DNA of 63,750 nucleotides, filler included, from Trypethelium eluteriae (lineage: Eukaryota): NCBI GenBank assembly GCA_051942245.1. It is 5 parts of 5 records of this genome, joined end to end, with 100 filler letters (N's around TTAATTAATTAA, not from the genome) between each part and the next. Parts side by side here need not be neighbours in the genome. Positions count along the whole stretch, not along the records: positions 25,575 to 38,243 come from JAVECL010000762.1; positions 38,344 to 50,999 come from JAVECL010000763.1; 3 more parts are not named here. One strand, written 5' to 3'. The position numbers and the translations under genes were made by a program. Position 1 is the first letter of the stretch; every line of letters begins with the position of its first letter. Positions 36,014 through 48,250 of this stretch are shown here, one piece after another. The notes beneath the pieces were generated by a model. That model was not told the origin of the DNA, did not search any database, and saw nothing but the letters and a program-made list of their open reading frames with translations.

Positions 36014-38145
36014 ATGTTCTCAATACTAAAACCGGCGATAATATGTACAATAGCATCGTTAGCTGGCTTGAATTTCGTGGATGCGACGTCGACGCAGAGG
36101 AATCCGTTACGGTCGTTGGCCGTCGTCCATAATGCCACTATAAATACCCAGTCCCACCGAGTGACGGCGCTCCACCACTTCGACCTCAAATTTGACCTTT
36201 ACAACTCATTACATGTTAAACTTGGCCTGGAGCCGAATCATGATATAATACCGGAAGGTGCGAGCATCAATTATCTGGGTCCAGATGGATATGTATCGCG
36301 GCAGGAACCGATCAACAGGCTGGACCACAAGGTTTTCAAGGGCTCTGCTTTTGTACAAGACTTCGATGGGTCATGGCGAAATGTCGGATGGGCACGAATA
36401 ATGGTGAAAAAGGATGGCCGACAGCCGTTGTTTGAGGGCGGATTTTCCATTGGTAAGGACGCTCACCATATCCAACTTTCGTCAAGTTATATAAGTACCA
36501 AACACGAAATGGATCCTGAAATCGAGCCTGCTACCGACACGGACGAGTACATGGTTCTCTGGAGAAATTCCGATATTATGAGAGAGGATGAAGGACTACA
36601 CCAAGAATTAAGGCGGTCCGTCATCCAACCACTGCATGATGAACTGTCATGTCAGTCAGACAGCCTATCCTTCAATATGCAGCCTGATCATCCTGTCTAC
36701 AACACCATGCTGAGGCGAGAGGATTCACACTGGGGTGTCATGCCCATCACCAATCTCTTTGGCAAGCGCCAAATTGATACCCAGCCCGGTTCTGGAAACT
36801 CCGGAGGTGTCAACCTCACTTCTACCATCGGTCAGAGTGCGGGATGTCCCAGCACTCGCAAAGTTGCGCTCGTTGGAGTGGCTACTGACTGCACGTACAC
36901 TGGAACATTTCCTAATTCGTCTGCCGCTCACCAAAATGTCATCAACCAGATGAATCTAGCCTCGAACCTCTACGAAACGACGTTCAACATCACTCTTGGT
37001 CTCCAGAACTTGACAGTCGCTGATGCCAATTGCCCTGGAACTCCTCCCCAGGCGACGCCCTGGAACGAGGGATGCTCGGACAACGTCAATATCCAAGATC
37101 GGCTCAATACCTTTTCACAGTGGAGAGGCGAACAACAAGATGACAACAGTCACTGGACACTTCTGACAAATTGTAATAGCGGAGCCACTGTTGGACTGGC
37201 ATGGCTTGGTCAAGCTTGCGTGAATACAGCACAGACGGCCAATGGCACCAATGGAGGTGGCAGCGAGACTGTGTCTGGCGCCAACGTTGTCGCGAAGACG
37301 AATACAGAATGGCAGGTTATTGCGTAAGTATCTCCTCTAATCTTTCCCTCTACTAAACTAACGAAACGGTTTGCAGCCACGAAACCGGCCACACTTTTGG
37401 CGCTGTCCACGACTGCACATCCCAAACCTGCAGCGACGGCACCACCGTCTCCGCGCAACAATGCTGCCCGCTCTCCTCATCCACCTGCGACGCCGGCGAA
37501 CAGTACATCATGAACCCGTCCACGGCGCAAGGCATCACACACTTCTCGCCCTGCAGCATCGGCAACATCTGCAGCGCAATGGGGCGCAACTCGGTCAAAA
37601 CGTCGTGCCTGAACGACAACAAAGGCGTGACCACCATCACCGGCCAACAATGCGGCAACGGCATCGTCGAGCAGGGCGAGGAGTGCGACTGCGGCGGCGC
37701 CGAAGGCTGCGGCACCAACGCCTGCTGCGACGCCACCACGTGCAAGTTCAAGAACGGCGCCGTCTGCGACGACTCTAACGAGGACTGCTGCCACAGCTGC
37801 CAGCTCGCGTCCAACGGCACCATCTGCCGCGCGTCCACTGGCACCTGCGATCCCCAGGAGGTCTGCTCCGGCTCCAGCCCGACGTGTCCGGCTGATGTCA
37901 CTAGTCCTGATGGCTCGAATTGCGGGAGCGGGTTGCAGTGTGCGTCGGGGCAGTGTACGAGTCGGGATACGCAGTGCAAGACGGTTATGGGGAGCTACAC
38001 CCAGGGCAATGATACTTATGCTTGCGACTCGTCAACGTGTACGATTTCGTGTGCGAGCCCGGAATTTGGGACTGGTGTCTGCTACGGCCTGCAGCAGAAC
38101 TTCTTGGACGGCACGCCATGCGGTGGAGGTGGTCGATGCTCGAAC
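36014..38145 (+). CDS. ADAM-family metalloprotease-disintegrin (fungal ADM-B type); 3' truncated by contig edge
   Basis: Signal peptide, prodomain, VALVGVATDC, GLAWLGQAC, and zinc motif A|HETGHTFGAVHD across intron 37324-37376. Met-turn YIMNP, then disintegrin CGNGIVEQGEECDCG...CC and a Cys-rich domain. Confidence 0.93.
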
Positions 38146-38243
38146 GTAAGTTTTCCCTCATCCCATCTCCTTCTCTCTCCTTCGTCAGCGCTATCCCCAT
38201 CGCCAAGAAACCCCCTCACATCACGATTGCGCGTCCGCCAAGC

Positions 38244-38343
38244 NNNNNNNNNNNNNNNNNNNNNNNNNNNNNNNNNNNNNNNNNNNNTTAATTAATTAAN
38301 NNNNNNNNNNNNNNNNNNNNNNNNNNNNNNNNNNNNNNNNNNN
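38244..38343. other. Artificial contig spacer N44-TTAATTAATTAA-N44
   Basis: Same spacer. Confidence 0.98.
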
Positions 38344-38704
38344 CATTATTGGGTCGCTGAAGAAGTCGTGTTATGTGAGCTTTGCGGCGTATGTTCGTGG
38401 TGCTTTGGACAAGCTATCAACTGATTCGGAGTTTGGACGTCTGATTCAGGAGAAGCTGGGTGGGATCAGTGATGAGGAGATTCAGGAGTATGAACGTGCG
38501 TTCAGGGACAAGAAGCATGAGATTAGTGTTTTGTGGAGCTTAATGGCTTTCAGTGCCGGGGTAGTAGAGGCTGTCATGGTGGTCGATCGATGGCTATTCC
38601 TCAAAGAACAGGAGTGCGTCGAGCGTTGCTGGGTGGAGCCAGTATTCAGCTATAGAGAGAGTCCGAGGAATCTGGTCGTTGTGGGTATAAAGAAGCCCAT
38701 ATGA
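38344..38704 (+). CDS. Methyltransferase (RRNAD1/METTL25B-like), C-terminal fragment
   Basis: IGSLKKSCYVSFAAYVRGALDKL...VVEAVMVVDRWLFLKEQ...VEPVFSYRESPRNLVVVGIKK*. Confidence 0.75.
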
Positions 38705-38857
38705 CACGCCTATTTTCGGCTGCTAGTAATGCTCATTGCGGCGAATGACGTCAGTCCTGCGTGTGACTTGCTTTCCAGACGTACTCACTCCTGCTGAAAC
38801 TTTCATAAGTCGTATTTTGCAAAATCTACACATTAGGCGGATTAATTCATACACAAG

Positions 38858-40146
38858 ATGGCCCTTCCTCGCGTCTCGCTTCAAACTTTCCTTACGAATG
38901 CAAGGTCGGCACTTCGATCTGCTACAGAACACCGCAGCGATGTAACGCTTGTAATTGGAAACGAATCAGCAGGTGGATGTCGACCCGAGATTCCTCTGAT
39001 ACGCGCTCTGATCATTGTCTAGATCTCGACTCCCTCACCAGTTCTGTGTTATACTCATACTTACGCTCTGCCAAGCCTTCTCCACGAGCATTTTCGCAGA
39101 TACATGTACCGCTGCTTAATATTCGTAGAGCAGACATTGCATTACGGCCGGAGTTCCTTGCTCTGTTGCCTCATGCAGATCTTCAAAGTAAAGACCTTAT
39201 TACTTTGAGCGATTTGCCAGAAGAAGCCAACCTCAGGACAAGTTTATCACCAGAAAAGACGCATTGGATTTTAGTCGATCACAACTCTTTGCAAGGTTCA
39301 CTCGGTTCTATATATAGAGAGCGAGTTGCAGGTGTCATTGATCACCACGAAGAAGAGAATAAAGTTCCTTCAGACACTGGAGAAGAGCCTCGCATCATTG
39401 AGAGAGCGGGTAGCTGCACAAGTCTTGTCACAAATTACTGCCGCGAATCCTGGGACTCAATCACAACAAATGAGGCCGCGGAATATGATGCTCAAATAGC
39501 ACAATTTGCGCTAGCAAGTATTCTGGTTGACACCACAAATCTGCAATCTAAGGTGAAAGTGACACCTAGTGATGAGGAGGCTGTCAAAACTTTAGAGATG
39601 AAGATTGCCGCAGACGCACAGTTATCCACGTCATTTGATCGAACGGGCTTCTTTAATGAGATTAGTAGAGCAAAGTCAGATATCGGCTCCCTGCAGCTGC
39701 ACGACATCCTCCGAAAAGATTACAAAGAGTGGGTGGAAAACGGGCACAGATTGGGAATAAGCTCGATCGTCAAGCCCATTTCATTCTTACTGCAAAAAGC
39801 AGGCGAGGAGGAAGCGGAAACAAATCCAGCCGACTGTCTCCTCCGTGCTACAGAACGATTTGCTCAAGACCGTCACCTGGGCTTGTATGCAATGATGACA
39901 ACGTCCACCTCTACGAAGGGCGAGTTCCAAAGAGAGTTGATGATCAAGGCGTTGACAGAGGACGATGCACACACTGCAAGGAAGTTTGCGAATGAAGCTT
40001 CAGGAACTCTTGGTCTGGAAGACTGGGACACTAAGGAAATGGACAATACGTCCGAGAACAGCATCTGGACCAAGATATGGTGGCAGCGCAACATTGAGCA
40101 CAGCCGAAAAAGAGTAGCGCCCCTCTTGCGTGAAGCTATGAAATGA
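38858..40146 (+). CDS. PPX1: Exopolyphosphatase (DHH/DHHA2 family); 2 exons
   Basis: MALPRVSLQTFL...VIGNESA|DLDS across an intron at about 38973-39022, then LVDHN, IDHH, GSCTSLV, DTTNL, LRKDYKEW and SRKRVAPLLR. Confidence 0.92.
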
Positions 40147-41478
40147 TGCCAGGTAATGCAGTTCCGTAGGGAGGCAGGTCGTGATGAGAGTACCACTCGG
40201 CAAGCTGCAGAATCTATGCGGGCAACAGCAGTTGGTCATACGGAAGAGTTAGCGACAACTACGGCGACATATATCAATGGAGAGCGAGCCGAGGTGGCGA
40301 ATCGAACGGGGTGGAACATTGGAGGAAAAGCAATACATCACGTTCCTAGATGTGGTGTCTTTGTACGCGTCGATAGAAAACGCGCGTTCCAGTATGCAGA
40401 CAATATTAGCGACTCGTAGTCAGGAGTCACATCCAGTCGACGGCTGTGGATTCTGGCCTGGATGCACTGCCAGCACACTGTCCGTGAGATGCATAAGAGA
40501 TGCTACATACTCCGTAAGGATGGGCTGGACGCGGATTCGCGTTCATGGACGAATCTGCACGAGGGAGGACATGGTGCGGTCGCAGATGCGGTCGCTTCGA
40601 CTCTGCAACTCCCATGCTCGAGGTTAGAAAGTCCGAGCCTAACAGCGATGGCCTAGCTTGTCAGAAGATGATGGCCAAAAGCTTAGACGATGCGTTTCAA
40701 GACCAAGGTGACCAAAGTGAACGGGCGGGAGTGGTGAGCGGGCGCTCAAGTTTGTCTCGTTGGCTGTTGGGGAAGCTTGCATGCGGAGGTATCGACAAGG
40801 ATGCTGCAACTGCCCGAATGCGGCCCTTCCGTTGACCATTAAGCTCTGTAGAAAGTGGATCCATGCAAAGCAGATGGTGGAGTGCCGTCTGGTGATTCGC
40901 CCACGCCGTGCTTCGTTGGCAGAGAGGTGCATGCAAGACATCCATCCAGTCCGCCCTCCACCTTTGCCAGAGGACTCGTCGTGCTGTTGCGGAGCCATCA
41001 AGTCCTGGACAGGGCATTTCTTATCTAATTCTCCTGACTATCCGTATCGCCTGTCGCCTGTCGCCTGTCACACCGCCAGCTTCAGCCTCGTAGGCTCTCA
41101 TTATATCGCGGCCGTAGAGCAGGAATTCCCAGAGAGTGAAAACGTGGAGAGCGGCACGATCCAGCTTAGCCGACGGGCGGCGCTCCTGCCGTGTTAACCA
41201 ACTTAGGTAGTCGTCGATAAACTCGCCCAGCGAGTGTCTGCCCAAGCCTTCAAGGACGTTCCCTGGCTCCTTGGCTCCTTCCCCATCGTACGCCGAGCTT
41301 GGGCTTCATCTATTAGTTGCCTCGCAATTCTCTCCAACAGCCAGGTCGATCAATGGGGTGGTCATGACAGGTCCGCTGCCTGCACCGGCTCATTCACCTG
41401 CTCGTAAGTTGACTGGTTCGCCTCTCTTATTACCCGCTTCACCTCCGACGAGCCCTTCTGCCAATCGCTTCTGCTCTC

Positions 41479-44400
41479 ATGCACTCTCCACTGTACGATG
41501 CGCTGGCACACGACGAGCGCGAAACGCTAACCCACAACCGCCGTACAGCAATATCTCCTAATCTCGCTCAACACTCTTCTGAAAGTGCACGTCTTCATGA
41601 TCTTGAGCTTCATGACACCGCACAAGCCATTCCGCCCCGCCCCCCGAGTCCTCCCCGGTCTCCCTCTCCACGACTCTCGGATCCCTCAGTCATGGGCAGT
41701 GATGATCGACAAGACATACGCAAGGACAAAAGTCAAAATGCTCATCATGAACGAGCAACAGATGAAGGAGCGAGGAAACCAGGTCAGCCAGCAAGGCCGT
41801 CAATCCTACCATCGGCATCTGCCCCTCCTGGCCGACTGCCCAGACTGTTGCCGCACGATGTTTCTCAATACGTCGAGTCGAGTCTTCCTGTCGCGGCGAT
41901 AACCTCTACATCAACCTCCTTGGCAGAGCTTGCACATCTAATAAGATTGCAACGCTATCAGGAACAGAGACGTTGCCAGTCCCGCGTGCGATTACACCGA
42001 TGGTTGGTGTGCAGTGCTCTGTCCGCTCGTCTAGTACACTGCGGGGACCTCGCCCACAAGACTCTTGTCGACCACTTTCGATCAGAGGATAAGAAGAGCT
42101 TTGCTGCTCTTTACAATGCTATTCACGATGTACGAAGTTCATGTGACGCCACTCGGCGTTATGCGCTCCTGGAGCCAGATATGGATATCAACAGAACAAA
42201 ACCGGCAAGTAACGAACGTGTCACGTCTTTTTCCACCTTTATGCATGAGATACCCCCCAAAGTCCGCGATGAATTGCTCCATTTCATTTCCGAGATCAGA
42301 ATCAATCCAGACTTTCTTGCCGACCGTCTCGTCCTTTTGTCCCAACAAGAGCTTGCTTCCCTTACAGCATTTCGACAAACCAAGGATCCTATTGAGTCTG
42401 TCATGCCATTACATTCACGTGCAAGAAATGCACCTGGAAACAAATCCGTTTCTACCAACGTTCCTAATCCCGTAGAGCGTGTCTTATCTCTACAGAGGCA
42501 TGATCCTCTTTCAGCTCTGCTACATACCATTTTTGCAAATTCCGCTGGCCCAGATTCGGCTGAAGATCTCCGACGGACCGATATCTGGTCAACGGCTTGT
42601 GCGAGACTTATTACTGAACACAAGCCTGGCGGTGATAAGTTCGTCATGGCCGTTTTGGATGCGTGGACCGCTATGAGAGAATGGCCTGGAAGGTCTCATT
42701 TAGAACTCTATCTTATGGAAATCCTGCAGGACGGGCACTTCCTTTTGGAAAAGGCCGAAGAGCAATCTGCAAAGCTCAGGTCTCAGGCCGATACCGTCTC
42801 GACAAAAGAATCCATTGCCGCCGAAGATTTCTATGATCGAGCTGTCAGAAGGCTATTCGAGGTCATAGATGGTGAGCCTGGAGCAGGAGGATTGCCTGCC
42901 GGTGCATTGGAGATTGGGACTGCCATCATCCGGAAGCTAGAACTTTCCAATTCAAAAAGTCCCCGACTCGCTGCTCCATATTTCATCGTTGCGCTTTGGT
43001 TCTTCTCGACGTTCTTATTGAACGCCATCATTCATCCCGAGTCTCAGTCCCTCATGATGGGATATCACATCACCGAGCATGCTCGTCAACGAATCTTGAA
43101 AGAGGTTGCGTTGCGGGCACAGAAACTGGTTCTCGATGTCACTTATAGGTGGAAAGAGGCTTTGCCGGTTCTGCCGGAAATTCGGACCCATATCGAGAAT
43201 ATTGTTTCACGTTTCAAGAACACGCGTAGTCAGGTCTCGAAACCTGTGCTCCTTCGGGCGCAGGCGATTACGTCTCCTCGTGAGACGGTGGAAGTTCAGC
43301 CGTTCCTCGTCATCAGTCCAGCAGACATCGTTACGCTTGTGAATACGTTATACCCGGAGCGTCGACCGCCTTCCATGCAGTCTGAACAAGAGATCCCACG
43401 CGGTCTGAAATCCTCCGCATCGTCCATCTCAGGGCTATCCTTATTTCAGCCGAAGTCCAGTTCTGGTGATGCCAGCTCCATCTTGAGTCTGGGCGCTTCC
43501 TCGATGACGAGTGAAACTACATCACGAGAACAATTACTGGATGCTGACAGCGCTACGACTCTTCGTGAAGATACTGCAGACCAGCAAAAGGCGCTTGCGT
43601 CTGAGGACTATGGTCGCAAGATGAGGCTCGCTTGCTCGGAAATGTCTCGAGCTCTTGGCTTTGAGGCCACTGCAGGGTCATGTCATCCGTGTGCAGAGCG
43701 TTGGGCCGTCCTTTACGTCTCACCTGATGGAAAAGAGCTGAAGCCTAGGATGCGGAAGGATGGTGAAGATGACGATGATTTGGATGATGAGTCTCCTGAA
43801 AGTGATAGCGAAGACGAGGGATATTCAGAGCGTATCGACCTCGAATCTGATTATCACCAGCTTAAAGAAGCAATCACGAAGTTGGTCGAAGACTATGAGA
43901 TACCCAAAGAATTGGCACCAGAGGCAGAGTCGAAAGGCTTCAGCAATCGTACTACCAAGTCTCGTCGTGCTCCAAGAATCCTTAGGGCTCGCACATCGGA
44001 CCTCAGTACGTCAGGCGGAAAGCTTGCTTCCAAAAATCCCTACTCCAGTGCCAGTCTAACGAATGCATCCGCACCCGCGCCACCCAGCACAGAAATTCAG
44101 AGGCGATCACCAGGAACCGTGAGAGACACCAGCAAACAAGGACGCGAAATTCCTAGCGAGACGTCTTCTGTCCTCATCACTATGCTTGAGGCAGCGATGA
44201 ATCAAAGCCAAGCTCGGTCTGATTTCGTCAATGCTCATTTATACTACAAAACTCTACTGCAGCTCCGCCGACTGACTTCTCCATCTTTGATCCGCGATGG
44301 CTATGCACCTTTGCTTCACTATTTCTCAAGAGGCCCTCGTGATTCTCTGGGCAGATGCACAAGCGCCATTGAAGAATTCGAGGCATGGTTTGTTTGGCTC

Positions 44401-46833
44401 AAGCAGTCACAGGAACGTCACGACAACACCGTTCAGGACATGATTCTTAGAATAAACACCCTAAGGGACAAAATGTGGTACATTACAGATGTCAAAAACT
44501 CTGCAAGCTATGAGGAAGCAAAGAATGTCGCAGCTGCTTTGAAAACCATGAGCAAACCATCTCAGGATGGCAAGCCGCTACACGCTTCAAAACATCGACC
44601 TATCTCTAAGACGTCTTCGGCCAACTTCCTGTTGAAGACCGAATCGCAGGTGCTTGACCTCTTCGCGGCAAAACAAGATTATGGTGGACTGAACAAATTG
44701 TCTGATGAGCAGTCGCACATTACGTCTAAATGGATCAGGCAAGCTAATTTGGAGAATTTCTGCAAAGGTGAAGAGCGCATCCATCGATTCTGTCTTGAGA
44801 TCGATAAATGTGTAAACAAGCTAGTGGGAGATGGCATTCTTGAAGGGCCAGTCTTATGGTCTAGCGAACTTTTCCGCAGAGATAAAGACATCCTTGACAG
44901 TGGACGGCAAAAGGGTGATTTGTTCCTTACTGGAGTCGGCACGCTTAGCATCAGCGGTGAGGACGAATACGAGGTGCAAGGCAGACCTAATTCACGCAGT
45001 CTCGACTTTGCTCCTCGACCAAGCTCGAGGGATTTGCGAACAGTCTCTGCGCGGAATACTTCGCAACAAAGCTTTGATTCCAGTAGGTGGAGCACCAGCC
45101 GAACGTCGGACATTATGGACTCTCAGGACTACTTCGGCAGTCTGAGTCCCAAGCCAACTATTGATTCGTCTACGACGTTCTGGTCTCCCTTCCAGACCAC
45201 CGTCCAGTCACCAACAAGTGCTACAAGTATCCGACCGCGAACGGCATCGTCTGCTAGTGGCACTGTGATGCTACGCAATTCAGCAGCGGTAAGTGACGAT
45301 AAACGGCGATTCCTCCTAGATCTCAAACAGGCCATCACTGGGCTGCTACTTAGTGATCTTGGTACCAATGTCTTTGGTGCTGGTAGTGAGACCGATGCTT
45401 GGTTTTCTGGCGATCTTGGCGAGGAATGCTTACAGCGCAAGGAAGCAGATGATCGAAGGAAGAAACGCTTGGCGAAGAAGAAGAGTATGAAGAGCCTGAA
45501 AAGCAGCCGAATTGATCATCGCTCAACTCCTCTTGAAACACTTGGACGACAGGAAAGGGGACAGTCAGCAGTACCAGTCGCAATACTTCAGCACGGCCCC
45601 GAAGCAATTCAGTCGGCTAGTGAGCATTCGACATCGAGTGATGCTACAGCGCGCTCATCTGGAACCCGGCAAGCTAAGAAAGAAGGCGTCTTCGAATTTC
45701 CATTCAATACAGCCTTCCAACGCCTCCTACACCGATTTGCAACACATCCAAATCCTTTCTCCAAGCTCAACGCTCTTTACGAACTGGAACTGCTAATTAT
45801 CGCATCACTGAGCTCCCGCGCAAACCGAGGCTCACGACGGGAGACCCTCCCCACCGTTCCACAATCACCTACATTGGGAGCGACGCCTGAGCTCAGCTCT
45901 CGAGAAGCCACTGTTCAAAACGCACCGGCAAACACTCTGAATGATGCAATTGCCAATTGCGAATCTCGCCGTGCCTTCATGCTTGCTAGTGAGCCTGTCA
46001 CTAAATCTTCTCCGCATCGCCACACTAGCGGTACCCATTCGCCCACTGGGCCTCCCAGCACCGACATGATTGTCGAAATTCTCCAAGGTCTTTTCCGCGA
46101 CGCGTCGATCCGGCCCAAGACCCTCTTTCGCGATCTCCAATACATCGCCTCCTTTGTCCCCGCCCAACTTCTTGACAAGACGGCCCGTGGGAAAGCATTT
46201 TGGGACGCAGGACTCGCGGCACTGGGCCTGAAACAGGACGTCGTCCGTATCATGGTCGAGATGGCCGACGACATCGTCGCCTACCACACCAACCGGCGTG
46301 CCTACTCGACATCTTCCCACGCCGCCGCGACCTCCTCTTCTACCACCACCATCTCCACCTCCGGCTCTACCTCCGCCTCCGCCCCCACTCCTGCACCTGG
46401 CCCAGGTTCTACCTCCACCACCACTACAGGCGCCCCGACTACCACCAATACCCCATCCATCTCCGCCGCCCACCCCACCGCCGCACACGCGGACCCCGCC
46501 GACGACGAGCTCGCGCGCTACAGCATGTCAGACGCGGCGCGCATGCTCATCATCACGGCCAAAGAAGGCGACGCAGTCGCCATGCGCGAGCTCGCCACCT
46601 TCTACCTCACGCACCCGGAGCTGCTGCCGCGGACGACGCTGCCGCTGACGCTACCCCGCGACGTATTCAAGGAGGAGCTCGAGGAGGTGTACCGCAAGAA
46701 GGAGGATCGGCAGCGGTGCGATCCGATGACTATGTGTGTGGCGCATCATTGGATGGAGTTGAGTAGTCGGGGTGGGGATGCGCTGGCGAGGAAGTATTTG
46801 AGGGCGAGGGATGAGATTGAGAGGATTCCTTGA
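41479..46833 (+). CDS. Large (1784 aa) intronless uncharacterised fungal protein; C-terminal VPS9-like and Sel1-like elements suspected
   Basis: 5.3-kb uninterrupted ORF with globular-looking blocks separated by Ser-rich linkers, including HPNPFSKLNAL...RPKTLFRDLQYIASFVP...GKAFWDAGLAA and AKEGDAVAMRELATFYL...AHHWMELSSRGGDALA. Confidence 0.85.
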   Translation: MHSPLYDALAHDERETLTHNRRTAISPNLAQHSSESARLHDLELHDTAQAIPPRPPSPPRSPSPRLSDPSVMGSDDRQDIRKDKSQNAHHERATDEGARKPGQPARPSILPSASAPPGRLPRLLPHDVSQYVESSLPVAAITSTSTSLAELAHLIRLQRYQEQRRCQSRVRLHRWLVCSALSARLVHCGDLAHKTLVDHFRSEDKKSFAALYNAIHDVRSSCDATRRYALLEPDMDINRTKPASNERVTSFSTFMHEIPPKVRDELLHFISEIRINPDFLADRLVLLSQQELASLTAFRQTKDPIESVMPLHSRARNAPGNKSVSTNVPNPVERVLSLQRHDPLSALLHTIFANSAGPDSAEDLRRTDIWSTACARLITEHKPGGDKFVMAVLDAWTAMREWPGRSHLELYLMEILQDGHFLLEKAEEQSAKLRSQADTVSTKESIAAEDFYDRAVRRLFEVIDGEPGAGGLPAGALEIGTAIIRKLELSNSKSPRLAAPYFIVALWFFSTFLLNAIIHPESQSLMMGYHITEHARQRILKEVALRAQKLVLDVTYRWKEALPVLPEIRTHIENIVSRFKNTRSQVSKPVLLRAQAITSPRETVEVQPFLVISPADIVTLVNTLYPERRPPSMQSEQEIPRGLKSSASSISGLSLFQPKSSSGDASSILSLGASSMTSETTSREQLLDADSATTLREDTADQQKALASEDYGRKMRLACSEMSRALGFEATAGSCHPCAERWAVLYVSPDGKELKPRMRKDGEDDDDLDDESPESDSEDEGYSERIDLESDYHQLKEAITKLVEDYEIPKELAPEAESKGFSNRTTKSRRAPRILRARTSDLSTSGGKLASKNPYSSASLTNASAPAPPSTEIQRRSPGTVRDTSKQGREIPSETSSVLITMLEAAMNQSQARSDFVNAHLYYKTLLQLRRLTSPSLIRDGYAPLLHYFSRGPRDSLGRCTSAIEEFEAWFVWLKQSQERHDNTVQDMILRINTLRDKMWYITDVKNSASYEEAKNVAAALKTMSKPSQDGKPLHASKHRPISKTSSANFLLKTESQVLDLFAAKQDYGGLNKLSDEQSHITSKWIRQANLENFCKGEERIHRFCLEIDKCVNKLVGDGILEGPVLWSSELFRRDKDILDSGRQKGDLFLTGVGTLSISGEDEYEVQGRPNSRSLDFAPRPSSRDLRTVSARNTSQQSFDSSRWSTSRTSDIMDSQDYFGSLSPKPTIDSSTTFWSPFQTTVQSPTSATSIRPRTASSASGTVMLRNSAAVSDDKRRFLLDLKQAITGLLLSDLGTNVFGAGSETDAWFSGDLGEECLQRKEADDRRKKRLAKKKSMKSLKSSRIDHRSTPLETLGRQERGQSAVPVAILQHGPEAIQSASEHSTSSDATARSSGTRQAKKEGVFEFPFNTAFQRLLHRFATHPNPFSKLNALYELELLIIASLSSRANRGSRRETLPTVPQSPTLGATPELSSREATVQNAPANTLNDAIANCESRRAFMLASEPVTKSSPHRHTSGTHSPTGPPSTDMIVEILQGLFRDASIRPKTLFRDLQYIASFVPAQLLDKTARGKAFWDAGLAALGLKQDVVRIMVEMADDIVAYHTNRRAYSTSSHAAATSSSTTTISTSGSTSASAPTPAPGPGSTSTTTTGAPTTTNTPSISAAHPTAAHADPADDELARYSMSDAARMLIITAKEGDAVAMRELATFYLTHPELLPRTTLPLTLPRDVFKEELEEVYRKKEDRQRCDPMTMCVAHHWMELSSRGGDALARKYLRARDEIERIP

Positions 46834-48250
46834 GGCTGACAGGGAATTTGGGGGTGGGGAAGGAGGAAGGAGAAGGAGGAGAGAGGGTCGAGGAGAAAAA
46901 GTGGGGAGGTGGAGCAGTTTGGCTGAGGGGAGAGGTTTGATGGGTAGGAAGAGGTGAGGGTTTGACGGCAAGGGAAAAGAGGAGGTCATGTGACGGGGGG
47001 TGGGCAGCAAGCGAAAAGCTCCGCTTCGTCTCAGTACCAGTCTTTACCGATCGAGGAAGAGATTCTCGTCATCGTACTCAAGACACGGTGTTCGACCCGT
47101 GGTAGAGCAAGCAAAGGTTTCCGCTACTGAACTCGGGTGATATTGCGTGGGCCATACAGTCAATCCCATGGGCTTCCACTTGATTGGTACATTCACTGAC
47201 GCAGGCACGACACATGGTTTTTGCACCCTTGCTACCTGGAACTTTATGAGCTCGAGCCAGCGACGGCGCTTTTCATCACTGCAGAGAGGCTGCGACATCT
47301 GCAGCATCTACCTGCGTGTTTCGAGCGGCCGGCCTCGGATCCTGGGTATTCTCAATAACGGTTCGTTGGGAATTTATCCCAAAGATTTAGCAGCATGGTC
47401 ATGTGGTGGGTATAGAGGGGAAGGGTAGATGGCACCTCTAATTGCGAAGTCTGTCTTTTAGCAGCTTCTGATGACGATATGAAATCACGATGGGAATAAT
47501 GTGGACAACGAGACACTGGGCGCCGTCATTGGCTTGGGTGCGACATGGGCACCTAATTTTTTCTATTCTTCTTTTCCCATTTTTCTCTTTTTGAAACGTT
47601 GAAGCGAAGCATAGAATACCCCCTTCAGCATGTTCTTTTGATTTTTTACGGCTTTTGGAGCAGATTTGGGATGCCAGGAGGCTTTATTGAAAAGACGAAC
47701 GACCATATCACGACGGAACGAACGTTGGTACATATGTAGCATCAACAAAGAGCTGACGAAGCTAGCTTAACTATGACATCTTATTTCAAATGCTCTAACA
47801 TAAAACCTTGAACATATTGCATACAGCATTTAACCTACTATACTCAATTAAGCCCTCCAGGTAAAACGCGGTCGAGAATAGGTTACAATCATACACTGAT
47901 GACACTCTAGGCAACAAGAATCAAACATTCACAGAATGATCATTCATGACAAGGTTAAAAGTACAATTTATGAATTTGATATTATCCAAAACGATAAATC
48001 TTGGGCTAAAATATGAACATGAATCTTATGGGGCGTTATCAATCCAAGATGCCAGCCTATCGTCCGCTGACCTCGGTCTCTGTCGAACGATCTTGCGCCA
48101 ATATATGCATCCATACCATCATAACCAATGAAACACTGACATGCTCCAACTCCATGCTGTAAATAAGCAGACTGTCGGAGAAGAGAACGCCCGAATGGAG
48201 ACAGGCATCACGATTACTGAAATTCGGTTCCGGAGGAATTCGATGATTAT

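Noticed and set aside
22565..40146. Phosphate-metabolism cluster (Pho85-type cyclin plus PPX1)
   Set aside because: The genes lie on different concatenated contigs.
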